Source: Candidatus Moanibacter sp. (GTDB lineage Bacteria > Verrucomicrobiota > Verrucomicrobiia > Opitutales > UBA2987). From it: a DNA stretch of 64,000 nt. The notes below the pieces were generated by a model. The model worked only from the letters and a program-made list of their open reading frames with translations, had not been told where the DNA came from and searched no databases. Made by a program: the position numbers and the translations under genes. Positions within the stretch are counted from its first letter, which is position 1. Each line of letters begins with the position of its first letter. Positions 35,059 through 44,556 of the stretch are shown here, piece by piece. The stretch is from the NCBI GenBank assembly GCA_965215885.1, contig CBDCEW010000102.1, positions 123,994 through 187,993 of the forward strand, written 5' to 3'.

Positions 35059-35585
35059 ACTATCTGGATCTTCTTTACGATCGCTGAGGTGATCTTGCCC
35101 TTCTGCATCAGTAGACCGAGGAAATAGTCGACCGCTTCAAGATACTCCTTGATCTCAGCGAATCGCGCCTTGATTTGGGTGATGTCCTTTTTCTCTTCGC
35201 TGCTCTTACCTTCGATACCCTTCAGGTCCACTTCGCCTCTCGCGATCAGCTTGTTGAAGCGGTCCAGTTCGTCCCGTACCAGTGTCGATACGATCTCCGT
35301 CTCAATCTCCCATATGTCTCCCGCAATCTCGTAAAAATTCTTCCGCTCTCCACGGTGATATATCCTGCGGACTACTTTCCAGCGCTCCAAGTACCGGATG
35401 TTCGTCGATACCGACGCTTTCGATACTTCCAGCCGCGCTGCCATGTCGTCCAGCGACATCGCTTCGCGTGATAAATATAACAGCCCTTCCAGTTGGCCCG
35501 CTATTCTTGGGAATCCAAACTTCTCCGCCTTTTCTCCTATGTGGTCAATCCACTCGTTCTTTATGTCTTCCAGTATTCTTGCCAT
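35055..35585 (-). CDS. GbsR/MarR-family transcriptional regulator
   Basis: FGFPRIAGQLEGLLYLS...MSLDDMAARLEVSKASVSTNIRYL...GERK. Confidence 0.88.
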   Translation of the reverse strand: MARILEDIKNEWIDHIGEKAEKFGFPRIAGQLEGLLYLSREAMSLDDMAARLEVSKASVSTNIRYLERWKVVRRIYHRGERKNFYEIAGDIWEIETEIVSTLVRDELDRFNKLIARGEVDLKGIEGKSSEEKKDITQIKARFAEIKEYLEAVDYFLGLLMQKGKITSAIVKKIQIV

Positions 35586-35622
35586 CGCTTTCTCCTCTCC
35601 TTAGCATTAAAAATATTCGGTT

Positions 35623-35672
35623 TGTTAAATATATATTGAACATACTATACGCCATTGAATTTGAATTGTCAA
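35623..35672 (-). promoter_or_regulatory. sigma70 promoter (TTGACA-17-TATAGT) with a palindromic operator immediately downstream
   Basis: -35 at 35667-35672, -10 at 35644-35649; near-palindrome TGTTAAATATATATTGAACA at 35623-35642. Confidence 0.75.
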
Positions 35673-35868
35673 GGAAAGTCCGATAATTTACTTTTGGGCA
35701 AGGACCGGTGGAGGGGTTAGTAGAGGCACACGGTTTATAGCAGGGAACGCGCACCACCCCGGCACAAGACCCATCGTTCTGAATTTCGGTTGGCACGCAA
35801 ATTGCGTGGAGTTCTCTGGTTAGAGCATGAAGAAAATGGGGAGCAGAGGGAGGGCACTGGAGTCGTTG

Positions 35869-37701
35869 TCAGGAGGCAATCCGATGGGGTTGCGGGTTTA
35901 AGGATTGATCCTGGCGATTACAGACTTCGAAGAGTTCCTCAAGGAAGTTTTCTTTTCGCAGGAGCTTTTTGGGCAATCGACCCACGGCGAGGGTTTTTCT
36001 GTTCGCCCGCCAGTGACTGAAGGGGGGTGCTTTCTGTGCAGCCTGGGCAAGCTTTTGGGGCAGATTATCGATACTGCCTAAAACCAGCTCCACATAGCGG
36101 GGATTGTGTAAGTTGGGCAGGAGCATGTATTCTTCGGGGAGCGCTTCAAAGTCGCGCGTCAGATTTTTGCGCCCGTGGGTTTGACGGCGTTTGCGCTTGG
36201 AGGTGCGCCAGGTGCCTTCCAGCTCATTGGTCGTGCGTACGCTGTCTGGATGGGCCGGTGGGGGAAGCAGCCGCTGCCAGTATTTGTCCAGATGAGTGAC
36301 CACGGTGCGGTAGAGTTTGGCTTTCGAGGGGTTGGTCAGGGAGGCGCCTTTTTGGCGATATTGGGCACGCAGCAACTGGAGAGCCTCGGTGAGCTCAGCG
36401 GCTTGTCCTGCTTGCAACAGATAAGGGTCGCTTAAAGGGCAGGGGCCGCTGGCGCTGAGCCAAAGGGCATCGCGCAAAGCGCTGAAAATGCAAAAAGCGT
36501 TTTCATAGATAGTAGCGGCTTCGATGACGAGGGCATCAGCCAGATACTGCTTCAACCCGGTCGAAAGATGAAAGAAGCTTCGCAGAACAGAGCAACTGGC
36601 AGGAGCGCGGGCAAGCCACTGCTCCAGGGCGGCATGGGCGCGCACGACCCGCCGATGCCAATAAAGCAGGTAAGGATCGAAGGGAAAGCCCTGGCGGTGA
36701 CCGTCGCAGGGATAATCCAAAATCCACAATTGCAGGGCCATGAGCAGTTCCCGTGCAAGGGTGCCCAACCCATCCCTTGGATCGAAGGGCACTGCGAGCG
36801 CTTTGGCGGTGAGCAAATCGGCCAGGACGAGGGCGTGTTTTTCACGGAGGGCGTCACGGAGCTTTGCGGTGATGTGTTTGCGTTGCTCGCGCATGCGCTC
36901 CATGAGCTTCAATTGCCGCAAGCGCCCGTTGAGCATCTGCTGGGGTTTTCGATAAAGCTGTTCGCCCACATTGCGGGCGAAATGATAATGGCAGACGCCA
37001 TGGGGGGCCTGGAAGGTTTCGCTCTCGCAGGCCTTGCTGATCTGAGCGCTTAAATCATGATAGACATGGTGGGGTTGGCCAAAAGCCCGGGCCGCCCGGG
37101 CAAAACAGCCACTGATCGTTTCGCTCTGTTCGGAAGGCATTTTCCAGCTGCCCAAAAGGATCCCTTCGTCGGCTTCCTGAACAGCGAAGAAAACCGGCGT
37201 CTGCGGTTCCACGGTCCCATCCACCAGCCAGCGCAGGCAAGGGCGAGCGCTCAGGTAATCTTTAAGCACCGGAGCGGCCGCGGCGTGCAGCCGACCCAGA
37301 TAAAAAAGAAACTTCTGCTGCATCTCATAGAGGCTGCTTTGAGCAATCTGCAGCTGCCCCGGGCCCTCGCGCAGTTCCCTGTGCACCTCTTTGAGGGTGG
37401 CGCTTTCGCACAAACATCGCTTGCCCACATAGGCAATCAGATCGTAAGCGTAGCGACTATGCGAGGGCACGATCTGTTCCAGGCGAGCAGAACGGTAGCT
37501 GTTGCGGTGGCTCCCTTGCCCCTGCTCGCGCACAACTTCCACCGCCTGGAAGCATCCATAGGAGAAACTGACCACCTTGCGGCGCAGGGTCTTGCGCACC
37601 TCTGAAGGACCCTCTTCGTCCTCCCGGGCATCGAAGCGATAACTCGTTTGCGCAGGCACAGCCCCCACCGTTTGCAGGGCCCGTTCAGCCTCTGCCCGCA
37701 A
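35869..37701 (-). CDS. DDE transposase catalytic part (Mutator/IS256/ISL3-like CxxH type)
   Basis: LVDGT, YHDLS, VCHYHFARNVG, HLDKYWQRL, RTTNELE. Confidence 0.75.
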   Translation of the reverse strand: MRAEAERALQTVGAVPAQTSYRFDAREDEEGPSEVRKTLRRKVVSFSYGCFQAVEVVREQGQGSHRNSYRSARLEQIVPSHSRYAYDLIAYVGKRCLCESATLKEVHRELREGPGQLQIAQSSLYEMQQKFLFYLGRLHAAAAPVLKDYLSARPCLRWLVDGTVEPQTPVFFAVQEADEGILLGSWKMPSEQSETISGCFARAARAFGQPHHVYHDLSAQISKACESETFQAPHGVCHYHFARNVGEQLYRKPQQMLNGRLRQLKLMERMREQRKHITAKLRDALREKHALVLADLLTAKALAVPFDPRDGLGTLARELLMALQLWILDYPCDGHRQGFPFDPYLLYWHRRVVRAHAALEQWLARAPASCSVLRSFFHLSTGLKQYLADALVIEAATIYENAFCIFSALRDALWLSASGPCPLSDPYLLQAGQAAELTEALQLLRAQYRQKGASLTNPSKAKLYRTVVTHLDKYWQRLLPPPAHPDSVRTTNELEGTWRTSKRKRRQTHGRKNLTRDFEALPEEYMLLPNLHNPRYVELVLGSIDNLPQKLAQAAQKAPPFSHWRANRKTLAVGRLPKKLLRKENFLEELFEVCNRQDQSLNPQPHRIAS

Positions 37702-37702
37702 A

Positions 37703-38419
37703 TCATGTAACAGCTCCGCTACCGCGATCGGTCCGGTTTTTTTTGAGCGAGTAAAACGCCATCACCCGCTCAATTTGCTCCCCGCTCAGCTCTACTCCCT
37801 GCTCTTGCATAAGCTCGACAAGCTCCTTGACCCCGGCCTCGGGATGGCCGATACAGGCGACCAGCAAAGCGATCACGACCATCGTTTCGAGCCCTTCGGG
37901 AGCTGCCTGCAAAGCGCCCCCGGGGTCCCCTGCCTGAACTTGTGCCGCTGTTCTTCGCCCTTGCCGCCGCTTTTTCTGTTCGGCCCCGCCCTGTTCCCCG
38001 GCCGAGACATACACGCAGTGACGCCCTTCATAGTATCGACTCAACCGCTTCTTTCTACAAAGCACGCTTATGGGGTTGTGCACCCGTACCCCAAGGAGGG
38101 TCTCCAACTCAGCCACCGTGTAGCCGCAAAGCGAAGCTCCCACCACCGCCTCCACGGTCTCCTCCAAGGTGCCGTGGCGCGAAAAGCGCCCCTTGCGAAA
38201 ACGCCACAAACCGGCCCCGTCAAAGCGCGGAATGTCTTTCAAGCTCAGGTAGCCACAATTGGCATTGTAACTGGAGTAATGGCCATATTTTTGCAAAGCC
38301 CGATAGACCGTTCGCCGCGACACCCTCTGCTCCTTCATCAGCCTCCACACCGTGCTTACCCGATCCCGCCGTACCGCTTCGACCACCTCCCTCTCTTTAC
38401 GCGAAAGCTCTTCTTGCAT
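37703..38419 (-). CDS. Transposase-associated N-terminal ORF (HTH-like), ending just after an A8 run
   Basis: VSRRTVYRAL HTH-like segment; YSLKKN at the A8 tract 37737-37744. Confidence 0.65.
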   Translation of the reverse strand: MQEELSRKEREVVEAVRRDRVSTVWRLMKEQRVSRRTVYRALQKYGHYSSYNANCGYLSLKDIPRFDGAGLWRFRKGRFSRHGTLEETVEAVVGASLCGYTVAELETLLGVRVHNPISVLCRKKRLSRYYEGRHCVYVSAGEQGGAEQKKRRQGRRTAAQVQAGDPGGALQAAPEGLETMVVIALLVACIGHPEAGVKELVELMQEQGVELSGEQIERVMAFYSLKKNRTDRGSGAVT

Positions 38420-38806
38420 GCACCGGCACAGTATGGAAAGGAGGCAAAACTGCAAACTCTATTTTACATACAATGCCAATACCAACTTTCTCCAGCTCCC
38501 TTCGCTTCTACTCAATTGCCACCAGAAATCAACTCCCCGTTCAAAGCGCTTTTGTAACTGATTAATACTCAACAAGTTTCTAACTGAAAACAAACCTGCA
38601 GGAAAAGCTCTCTACCTCTAACGAACCCACACACAACAATCGTTGAAACTCCATTCTGGCATACTATGTAATCAATAGAATCTTGCAAGTGCCTGAATAA
38701 CATTTACTTTGGGTTCTCCAACCCAATTTCGTAATTATGGGCACAAGACCGGGGCAGCCAGCAATCAAAGAAACACTAAGTACGTACCTGCCGCTCGGCA
38801 GAGCGC

Positions 38807-38908
38807 CTAGGAATATGTCGGTGGTCGAATCCCCCCGCAATGCACCATCCCACCTGAATAGTGGATTATCTCCGCGAGCTAAGACAGCTAAGTCCGACAG
38901 ATTTCTAG
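38807..38908. mobile_element. MITE family B copy
   Basis: ctaggaatatgtcgg...ccgacagatttctag; aligns over its length with the reverse complement of 50534-50634. Confidence 0.8.
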
Positions 38909-38990
38909 CCCGGACATTTCAGACACATCGTAGCGAGACTGTCCCGGCTCGCCGGGATCGCAGCAGATGGTTTGTGAGATGTTCGGGCTA
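38905..38990. mobile_element. MITE family A, internally shortened copy, sharing CTAG with the family B copy
   Basis: ctagcccggacatttca...tgtgagatgttcgggcta. Confidence 0.8.
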
Positions 38991-39467
38991 AGGGCTCTTA
39001 TGATATTCCTCGACGACGCCGGAGCCTTTGCTAAATGCCGCCATCCCGTAATTTATCATGGCGACGCAACAGGACGTGACGGCAAAAGTGAGGAGGAGAG
39101 CAATTAGTGTCTGAATCCATTGCACGTCGAGGAGCTTGCGGCCGAGCAGGACTCCGGAAAGGAGAAGGAGGACCAGTGGGACTGCGATTTGGACGGTAGT
39201 CTGAGCCGCTTTTGAAGAGATCTGATCCAGGATGTAGAGATCAGATGCGGCCAGCCCGACAATGGCGATCAAAGCGGGCAGAAGCATGCCAAGAAAAACC
39301 GGGATCCATCCTCTTTTGCTTTGGACGATGTGAGTCGCGATGATCTTACCGAAAAGGAAGAGCGAACTGACAGCGGCAATGATAAGGACGGTAAAGGCGG
39401 TGCTTCCGGCTTCCGCGCGCAGGATGGTGCTCAACGCCTGCTTTGACGCTTCAATCCAAGTCTCCAT
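38988..39467 (-). CDS. Hypothetical membrane protein (~4 TM)
   Basis: Four hydrophobic segments. Confidence 0.7.
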   Translation of the reverse strand: METWIEASKQALSTILRAEAGSTAFTVLIIAAVSSLFLFGKIIATHIVQSKRGWIPVFLGMLLPALIAIVGLAASDLYILDQISSKAAQTTVQIAVPLVLLLLSGVLLGRKLLDVQWIQTLIALLLTFAVTSCCVAMINYGMAAFSKGSGVVEEYHKSP

Positions 39468-39569
39468 GGTTATTAAGTGAATTGATAGGGCAGGTTAACC
39501 GGAAAAGCAACACCGACTTATTCTTGCAGGTTGCACCGACTTAAGATTGTGAGATAAGCGGGTTAGCCG

Positions 39570-39695
39570 ATGAAGGATAAGAAGAAAAATAGAGGGAGCC
39601 TTTTCCAACTGAAGTACCTCCCATTTTTGATTCTGATTGCTCTCGCGATCATGTCGATTGTGTCACGCCTCTACCTCGTCTGGAAAAATCTGTGA
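39570..39695 (+). CDS. Putative 41-aa single-TM small protein
   Basis: MKDKKKNRGSLFQLKYLPFLILIALAIMSIVSRLYLVWKNL; GTGA overlap with the next gene. Confidence 0.45.
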   Translation: MKDKKKNRGSLFQLKYLPFLILIALAIMSIVSRLYLVWKNL

Positions 39696-41737
39696 GAGTT
39701 TCAATTAGAGACCGGCTTCGGGGGGAGCTGGAGAGGAACGACCTTTTGACGGTGCTGGCGATGCTGGCCTGCGGCTTCGTTCTGAGCTATTGGTTTGTCT
39801 ATGCGCTGGTTGTGCCGGTGACCACCTATGATTCTCATGTTTACAATATGGCCCGTCTCCTGCTTGTGGAGCGTGATGGTCTTTTTGGAAACAGACTGTG
39901 GAACGATACTCGCCAGGTGTCTTTTCCCTGGAGTTTTGACGCTGTGCATTATCCATTGCTCAAACTCGGATGGGGGGTGGCGCTTCCAAGTTTTTCCTGC
40001 TTCGTTGGTCTTCTCTTTATCATTTTCAGGATTTCGAGGAGAGCAATCAATGCCGCGGCCGGATGGTGGTGCTGTTTAGCGCTCCTCGCCCTGCCACTGC
40101 TCGTTTTCCAGGCCACGGCAACCAAGAATGATGTCGCCGTGCTCTTTGGAGGAGCGTGTTGGTACTATGCGGTGTGGCTCTGGAAGAGAGAGAAGAGGGT
40201 TTTTCATGTGACATTTATGGCAATATCGCTGAGTTTCATGGCGGGATCGAAGACGAGTGGGTTGCCCTTGCTCGGCCTCCTCGGTTGCTACACCCTCTGG
40301 ACCCTCAGAAGATTTCCAGGCGAATGGAAAATCTTCCTCTCGACTGGGGTTCTTTCGTTTGCGCTCTTGGGCAGCGTTGAAACCTATGCGAACAACTGGA
40401 TCGCCTATGCTAATCCTTTGGGTGATGCGGACTTTGTAAACTATCATCGCAATCTGGACGGCTTCAAGGGGGCCGTGGCCAACTTCATTCGTTATATTTT
40501 CGGAAGTATCAGCGTACCGGTGGAAATATGGCCGAAAGACTCCGCCTTCATCAGTTGGCTGGAGGATGTATGCCGGAGTGTGCTCCAAACCTTCGGGTTG
40601 ATCGACGCGGGTCACCGCCCGGGATATAGTGACGAGCATCTCAGATTCTTAAAGACGGGTCGGGAGGCCTCATCCGATTTTGGTGTCTTGGGGACCGTCG
40701 CACTACTCTCCTCCTGTTTGATCCTAGTTTCACAGAACTGGAAGAAACCGACCTGGCGTCTTACCCTGGCGGGCTTTCTTTCCATGAGTCTGACCTGTTA
40801 CTTCGTATGCTGGATGCCGTGGAACAATCGATTTCTGCTCATCCCCTTTGTCCTTTTCACCTTGGCTCTGACGCTTACGGTTTTCGGGTTCTCGCGGTGC
40901 GTTTTCGGGGTTCGCTTCGTTTATCTGGGCCTCCTTCTTTTCGGCGCCTTGGTGTATCCCCTCTATTCATTCAACAAGAGTCCTTTCGACCTCATGCGAT
41001 CGATTACAGAGCGCGAGGAGATCTTCTTCAAAGAACGCATCGTTACAAAGGAAGTGCGGGATCACGTGGTGAGATCGATGAGAGAACGGGGTGCGGAAAT
41101 GCTTTTCTTGCGTGCTGGGAGCGATGCCTGGGTGCTGCCCTTTCTCTTACTCGACGATATCGAAGTTGAGCCGGTACCTGAACTGAGTCCGGAGGTATTC
41201 GATGCTTACGTAAGGAACAACCCGGGGGAAAGGCTCTTCTTCTTAACCCTCAAACGCCGGATCAATGAACGGCACTATCCGGGACTCTACAAGTATAAGA
41301 GCTATCGGGATCCAAGTAGCCAGTTATACGTTACTGGAATTGACGAATCGCGGTTGCTGGACTTTTCCCAGGACGAATTGCCCGCACTCTCGGAGGGATG
41401 GTTCGAGGTAGAGAAGGATGGACGTTGGTCTGGTGCGACGGCGGAAGTGATGCTTCCTCTACCTGAAGGGAAGTCACAGACGGTCAAATTCGATGCAAAG
41501 GCAGTCGAAAAAATGAAAGTGCTTGTGAGACTGAATGGTAATTTAGTGACAACGATTGAGATTCCTGGTAGAGGGTATCGATTGTATGAAGTGGAGCTAC
41601 CGGGAGAATTTGTTGAGGGTGAAGACACCCTGCGCCTGGAAATGCAGGATCGGCGATCGCCGGATGATTCAGGAATGAGCACCGGCAGTCGCGAGATTGG
41701 AATTTTCGTTAGGTATTTATATTGGGAGGATTCATGA
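39692..41737 (+). CDS. GT-C fold (ArnT/PMT-like) membrane glycosyltransferase with C-terminal beta domain
   Basis: DSHVYNMAR, QATATKND, GSKTSG, many TM helices. Confidence 0.7.
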   Translation: MRVSIRDRLRGELERNDLLTVLAMLACGFVLSYWFVYALVVPVTTYDSHVYNMARLLLVERDGLFGNRLWNDTRQVSFPWSFDAVHYPLLKLGWGVALPSFSCFVGLLFIIFRISRRAINAAAGWWCCLALLALPLLVFQATATKNDVAVLFGGACWYYAVWLWKREKRVFHVTFMAISLSFMAGSKTSGLPLLGLLGCYTLWTLRRFPGEWKIFLSTGVLSFALLGSVETYANNWIAYANPLGDADFVNYHRNLDGFKGAVANFIRYIFGSISVPVEIWPKDSAFISWLEDVCRSVLQTFGLIDAGHRPGYSDEHLRFLKTGREASSDFGVLGTVALLSSCLILVSQNWKKPTWRLTLAGFLSMSLTCYFVCWMPWNNRFLLIPFVLFTLALTLTVFGFSRCVFGVRFVYLGLLLFGALVYPLYSFNKSPFDLMRSITEREEIFFKERIVTKEVRDHVVRSMRERGAEMLFLRAGSDAWVLPFLLLDDIEVEPVPELSPEVFDAYVRNNPGERLFFLTLKRRINERHYPGLYKYKSYRDPSSQLYVTGIDESRLLDFSQDELPALSEGWFEVEKDGRWSGATAEVMLPLPEGKSQTVKFDAKAVEKMKVLVRLNGNLVTTIEIPGRGYRLYEVELPGEFVEGEDTLRLEMQDRRSPDDSGMSTGSREIGIFVRYLYWEDS

Positions 41738-41832
41738 TAGGAGGGTGGCTTGATGTGGACTCAGGAAAAAATCGAGACAAAGTAAGAATTTGACTTTGAC
41801 ACGAGTGAACTTCTCGGTCGATTAATATAGTA

Positions 41833-42741
41833 ATGAGGAATTTTGAATATCGGGCTCCGGGTAGTCTTGCCGAAGCGGTAGAGCTATTAGGCGAGGATGG
41901 TGTTTCTGCCCGGGCACTGGCAGGTGGAACGGACCTGCTGGTTCAATTGAGAGCAGGCCGTTGGGTTGTCGACCGTATTGTGGATGTGAAGGGCGTTCCC
42001 GAACTCAACGAATTGACCCTTGATCCCGAGAATGGTTTGAGGATCGGGGCGAGTGTTCCCTGTCATCGGATATATGAAAACGATGAAATCCGTTCAGCTT
42101 ACCCGGGTTTAATAGACGCGGTGGCAATCATCGGTGGCATACAGATACAGGGTCGTGCCAGTGTCGGCGGCAATATCTGCAATGCGTCGCCCAGCGCCGA
42201 CACGACGCCAATACTGATTGCTTACAGGGCAAGCTGTATTGTGAGCGGACCTTCCGGGGAACGTCGAGTCGCCGCGGAGGATTTTTGCACGGGTCCTGGT
42301 AAGTCGGTCTTGGAGAATGGAGAGGTATTGGTGGCGATTGATATGCCGGCCCCAGCCCAGAATTCCGGAGCCCACTATTTGCGTTTTATCCCGAGAAATG
42401 AAATGGATATTGCGGTTGTGGGTGTGGGATCTTCGGTGGAGCTCAATGCGGATAAGACCGTCTTCGAGCGTGTGCGAATTGGCCTCGGGGCAGTTGCACC
42501 GACCCCGCTTTTGGCGAGTGAGGCAGGGGCAGCGTTGGAGGGGCGAGAGGTGACGGATGCGGCTATTGAGGAGGCATGTGGGTTGGCTCGTGGCATTACA
42601 AAACCAATCACCGACATGCGTGGGCCAAAGGATTATCGAGTACATCTTACCGGCGTTTTGACAAAGAGAACTCTGACTGGGGCGGTGGAGCGCGCCCGGG
42701 GAAATTTCGTTCCCAATGCGGTGGAAGAGTCGGTGGCGTGA
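41833..42741 (+). CDS. Xanthine/CO dehydrogenase family FAD-binding subunit (CoxM-like)
   Basis: LAGGTDL, ASVGGNICNASPSAD, GAVAPTP. Confidence 0.92.
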   Translation: MRNFEYRAPGSLAEAVELLGEDGVSARALAGGTDLLVQLRAGRWVVDRIVDVKGVPELNELTLDPENGLRIGASVPCHRIYENDEIRSAYPGLIDAVAIIGGIQIQGRASVGGNICNASPSADTTPILIAYRASCIVSGPSGERRVAAEDFCTGPGKSVLENGEVLVAIDMPAPAQNSGAHYLRFIPRNEMDIAVVGVGSSVELNADKTVFERVRIGLGAVAPTPLLASEAGAALEGREVTDAAIEEACGLARGITKPITDMRGPKDYRVHLTGVLTKRTLTGAVERARGNFVPNAVEESVA

Positions 42742-42783
42742 TTGAATTTGTTTGAGGAGCTAAGATCGAAATATAGAGAAACT

Positions 42784-43257
42784 ATGGCGCGAAGAATACA
42801 TGTTGAGGCGAAGATAAACGGAGAAGATATCGACTTCCTCTGTGAAGCGCGGCAGAGCTTGCTCGAGGTTTTGCGGGAGGAACTTGGCTTTACCGGAACT
42901 AAGGAAGGGTGCAATGACGGCAACTGTGGCGCCTGCACTGTAATATTGGATGGGGTGCTGGTAGACTCCTGTCTTGTCCTCGCACTGGAGATCGAAGGAA
43001 AAGAGGTAGTCACTGTAGAGGGCATTGCGACTCCTGAGGGTCTTCACCCATTGCAACAGAAGTTCCTTGAACACGCCGCTCTCCAATGTGGAATCTGCAC
43101 ACCAGGCTTTTTGGTAGCGGCAAAGGCATTACTGGATAAGAATCCGCAGCCCAACGAGCACCAGATTCGACACTGGTTATCCGGAAATCTCTGCCGTTGT
43201 ACAGGATACGATAAGATCGTAAAGGCGGTCTTGGATACGGCTGACCAAGTCGTTTAA
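42784..43257 (+). CDS. (2Fe-2S) subunit (CoxS-like)
   Basis: GTKEGCNDGNCGACTV, QCGICTPG, GNLCRCTGY. Confidence 0.95.
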   Translation: MARRIHVEAKINGEDIDFLCEARQSLLEVLREELGFTGTKEGCNDGNCGACTVILDGVLVDSCLVLALEIEGKEVVTVEGIATPEGLHPLQQKFLEHAALQCGICTPGFLVAAKALLDKNPQPNEHQIRHWLSGNLCRCTGYDKIVKAVLDTADQVV

Positions 43258-43271
43258 GTAATCTTAAGAAA

Positions 43272-43535
43272 GTGCCTACCGTTTTCGTTCCGCCGCTTCT
43301 TCAGCCTCTCACGGAGGGCAGAGAGACTATTGATATTGAGGGGCGTACCCTTCGCGAGGTTATTGAAGAACTGGATTCTGCGTTTCCCGGTCTAAAAGAC
43401 AGGTTGTGTGATGAGGACCGGATTCGCCCCACTATTGCGGTCGCTGTTGATGGGCAGATTTCCAATGAGGGCATGCGTAGAAAAGTGGAGGCGGAGAGTG
43501 AGGTGCATTTTCTTCCTGCAATTGGGGGAGGTTGA
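43272..43535 (+). CDS. MoaD/ThiS-family sulfur carrier
   Basis: Ubiquitin-like size; C-terminal PAIGGG. Confidence 0.88.
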   Translation: MPTVFVPPLLQPLTEGRETIDIEGRTLREVIEELDSAFPGLKDRLCDEDRIRPTIAVAVDGQISNEGMRRKVEAESEVHFLPAIGGG

Positions 43536-43633
43536 ACAAAGTCGTGTTTTCGGGTGTCGCTTTTACTGGACAATTTCGGAATATGAGGTTTCTTCTGCGT
43601 GATATTCGCATCTCTTGAGAAGGAAAGGGAACA

Positions 43634-44152
43634 ATGAGAAATTACAGTCTTTGGGCAATAGCTACAATGAATTGTGCTGTTTTGGGAGTTAGAAGAGTTT
43701 TGAGTATTACATTCTTCTTCTTGAGCCTTTTCCTATCCATCGTGACTCCGGTCGCCTACGGTGAGTCGCACGATGTTAAAACGATTACTATTACCTGTAA
43801 TGATACCATGCGGTACGATACCACGGCTTTCGAGGTCAATGCCGGAGAGAAAGTTCGGATTGTTCTTAAGAATGTCGGAACGTTGCCTAAAGCGGCTATG
43901 GGGCACAACTTCATCATCCTCAAGCAGGGTGTCAATATGGCCGAATTCGCTCAAGCTGCAATGACCGCTGCGGCCACCGATTATATTCCCGAGGACAAAA
44001 AAGACGATATTATTGTCCATACCAAGCTCCTCGGTCCCGGTGAATCTGATACCATAGAATTCTCTGCCCCTGACTCTGCCGGATCTTTTGAATTCCTCTG
44101 CTCCTTCCCTGGCCATTGGGCCCTCATGAAGGGCGTAATGACCGTAAAGTAG
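43634..44152 (+). CDS. Azurin/auracyanin-like blue copper protein
   Basis: MGHN and CSFPGHWALM type-1 copper ligands; signal peptide. Confidence 0.9.
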   Translation: MRNYSLWAIATMNCAVLGVRRVLSITFFFLSLFLSIVTPVAYGESHDVKTITITCNDTMRYDTTAFEVNAGEKVRIVLKNVGTLPKAAMGHNFIILKQGVNMAEFAQAAMTAAATDYIPEDKKDDIIVHTKLLGPGESDTIEFSAPDSAGSFEFLCSFPGHWALMKGVMTVK

Positions 44153-44249
44153 GTCGCAAAGACCATACATCGATCCTAAATCCGGTTAGCGCGGGAATTT
44201 GCGAGGATCCCCAAGGATTATCGCTGCGCCAAGCTTTAGATTCTCCATT

Positions 44250-44556
44250 CTTCACGAATACAGCGGTCATTACAGAAAGTTGCTACCTGCTGCGCGGCAC
44301 GCATAACGGGGTAAGTCGCATCCTGAGCATGATTCACCGAGGCAGTTTACGGATCGAGTTTAGTTTGAGAATTGAGGTTTCTCGGGTTATGAAATTGATG
44401 AAGCAATACGAGGATTTGCCGATGTCTTTCGCTGAAGCCTGTGTGGTACGGATGGCGGAGAATATTGCCGATTCGAAAGTATTTACTCTCGACGAGGATT
44501 TTTCGGTCTTCCGAAAACTCGGTCGGCAAGTGATTCCCCTGATCGCTCCATTTTAG
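44250..44556 (+). pseudogene. 5'-truncated PIN-domain (VapC-like) toxin remnant
   Basis: VITESCYLL...YEDLPMSFAEAC...FTLDEDFSVFR; first acidic motif and antitoxin missing. Confidence 0.65.

Larger units (their letters stand above)
35690..38755 (-). mobile_element. ~3 kb two-ORF DDE transposable element; boundaries approximate
   Basis: Transposase ORFs plus similar direct-oriented motifs tgggcaaggaccgg (~35695) and tgggcacaagaccgg (~38738). Confidence 0.6.

Noticed and set aside
42739..42783. In-frame TGA between CoxM-like and CoxS-like ORFs as possible Sec readthrough
   Set aside because: Linker position with no Cys equivalent and no clear SECIS; the CoxS-like gene has its own ATG at 42784
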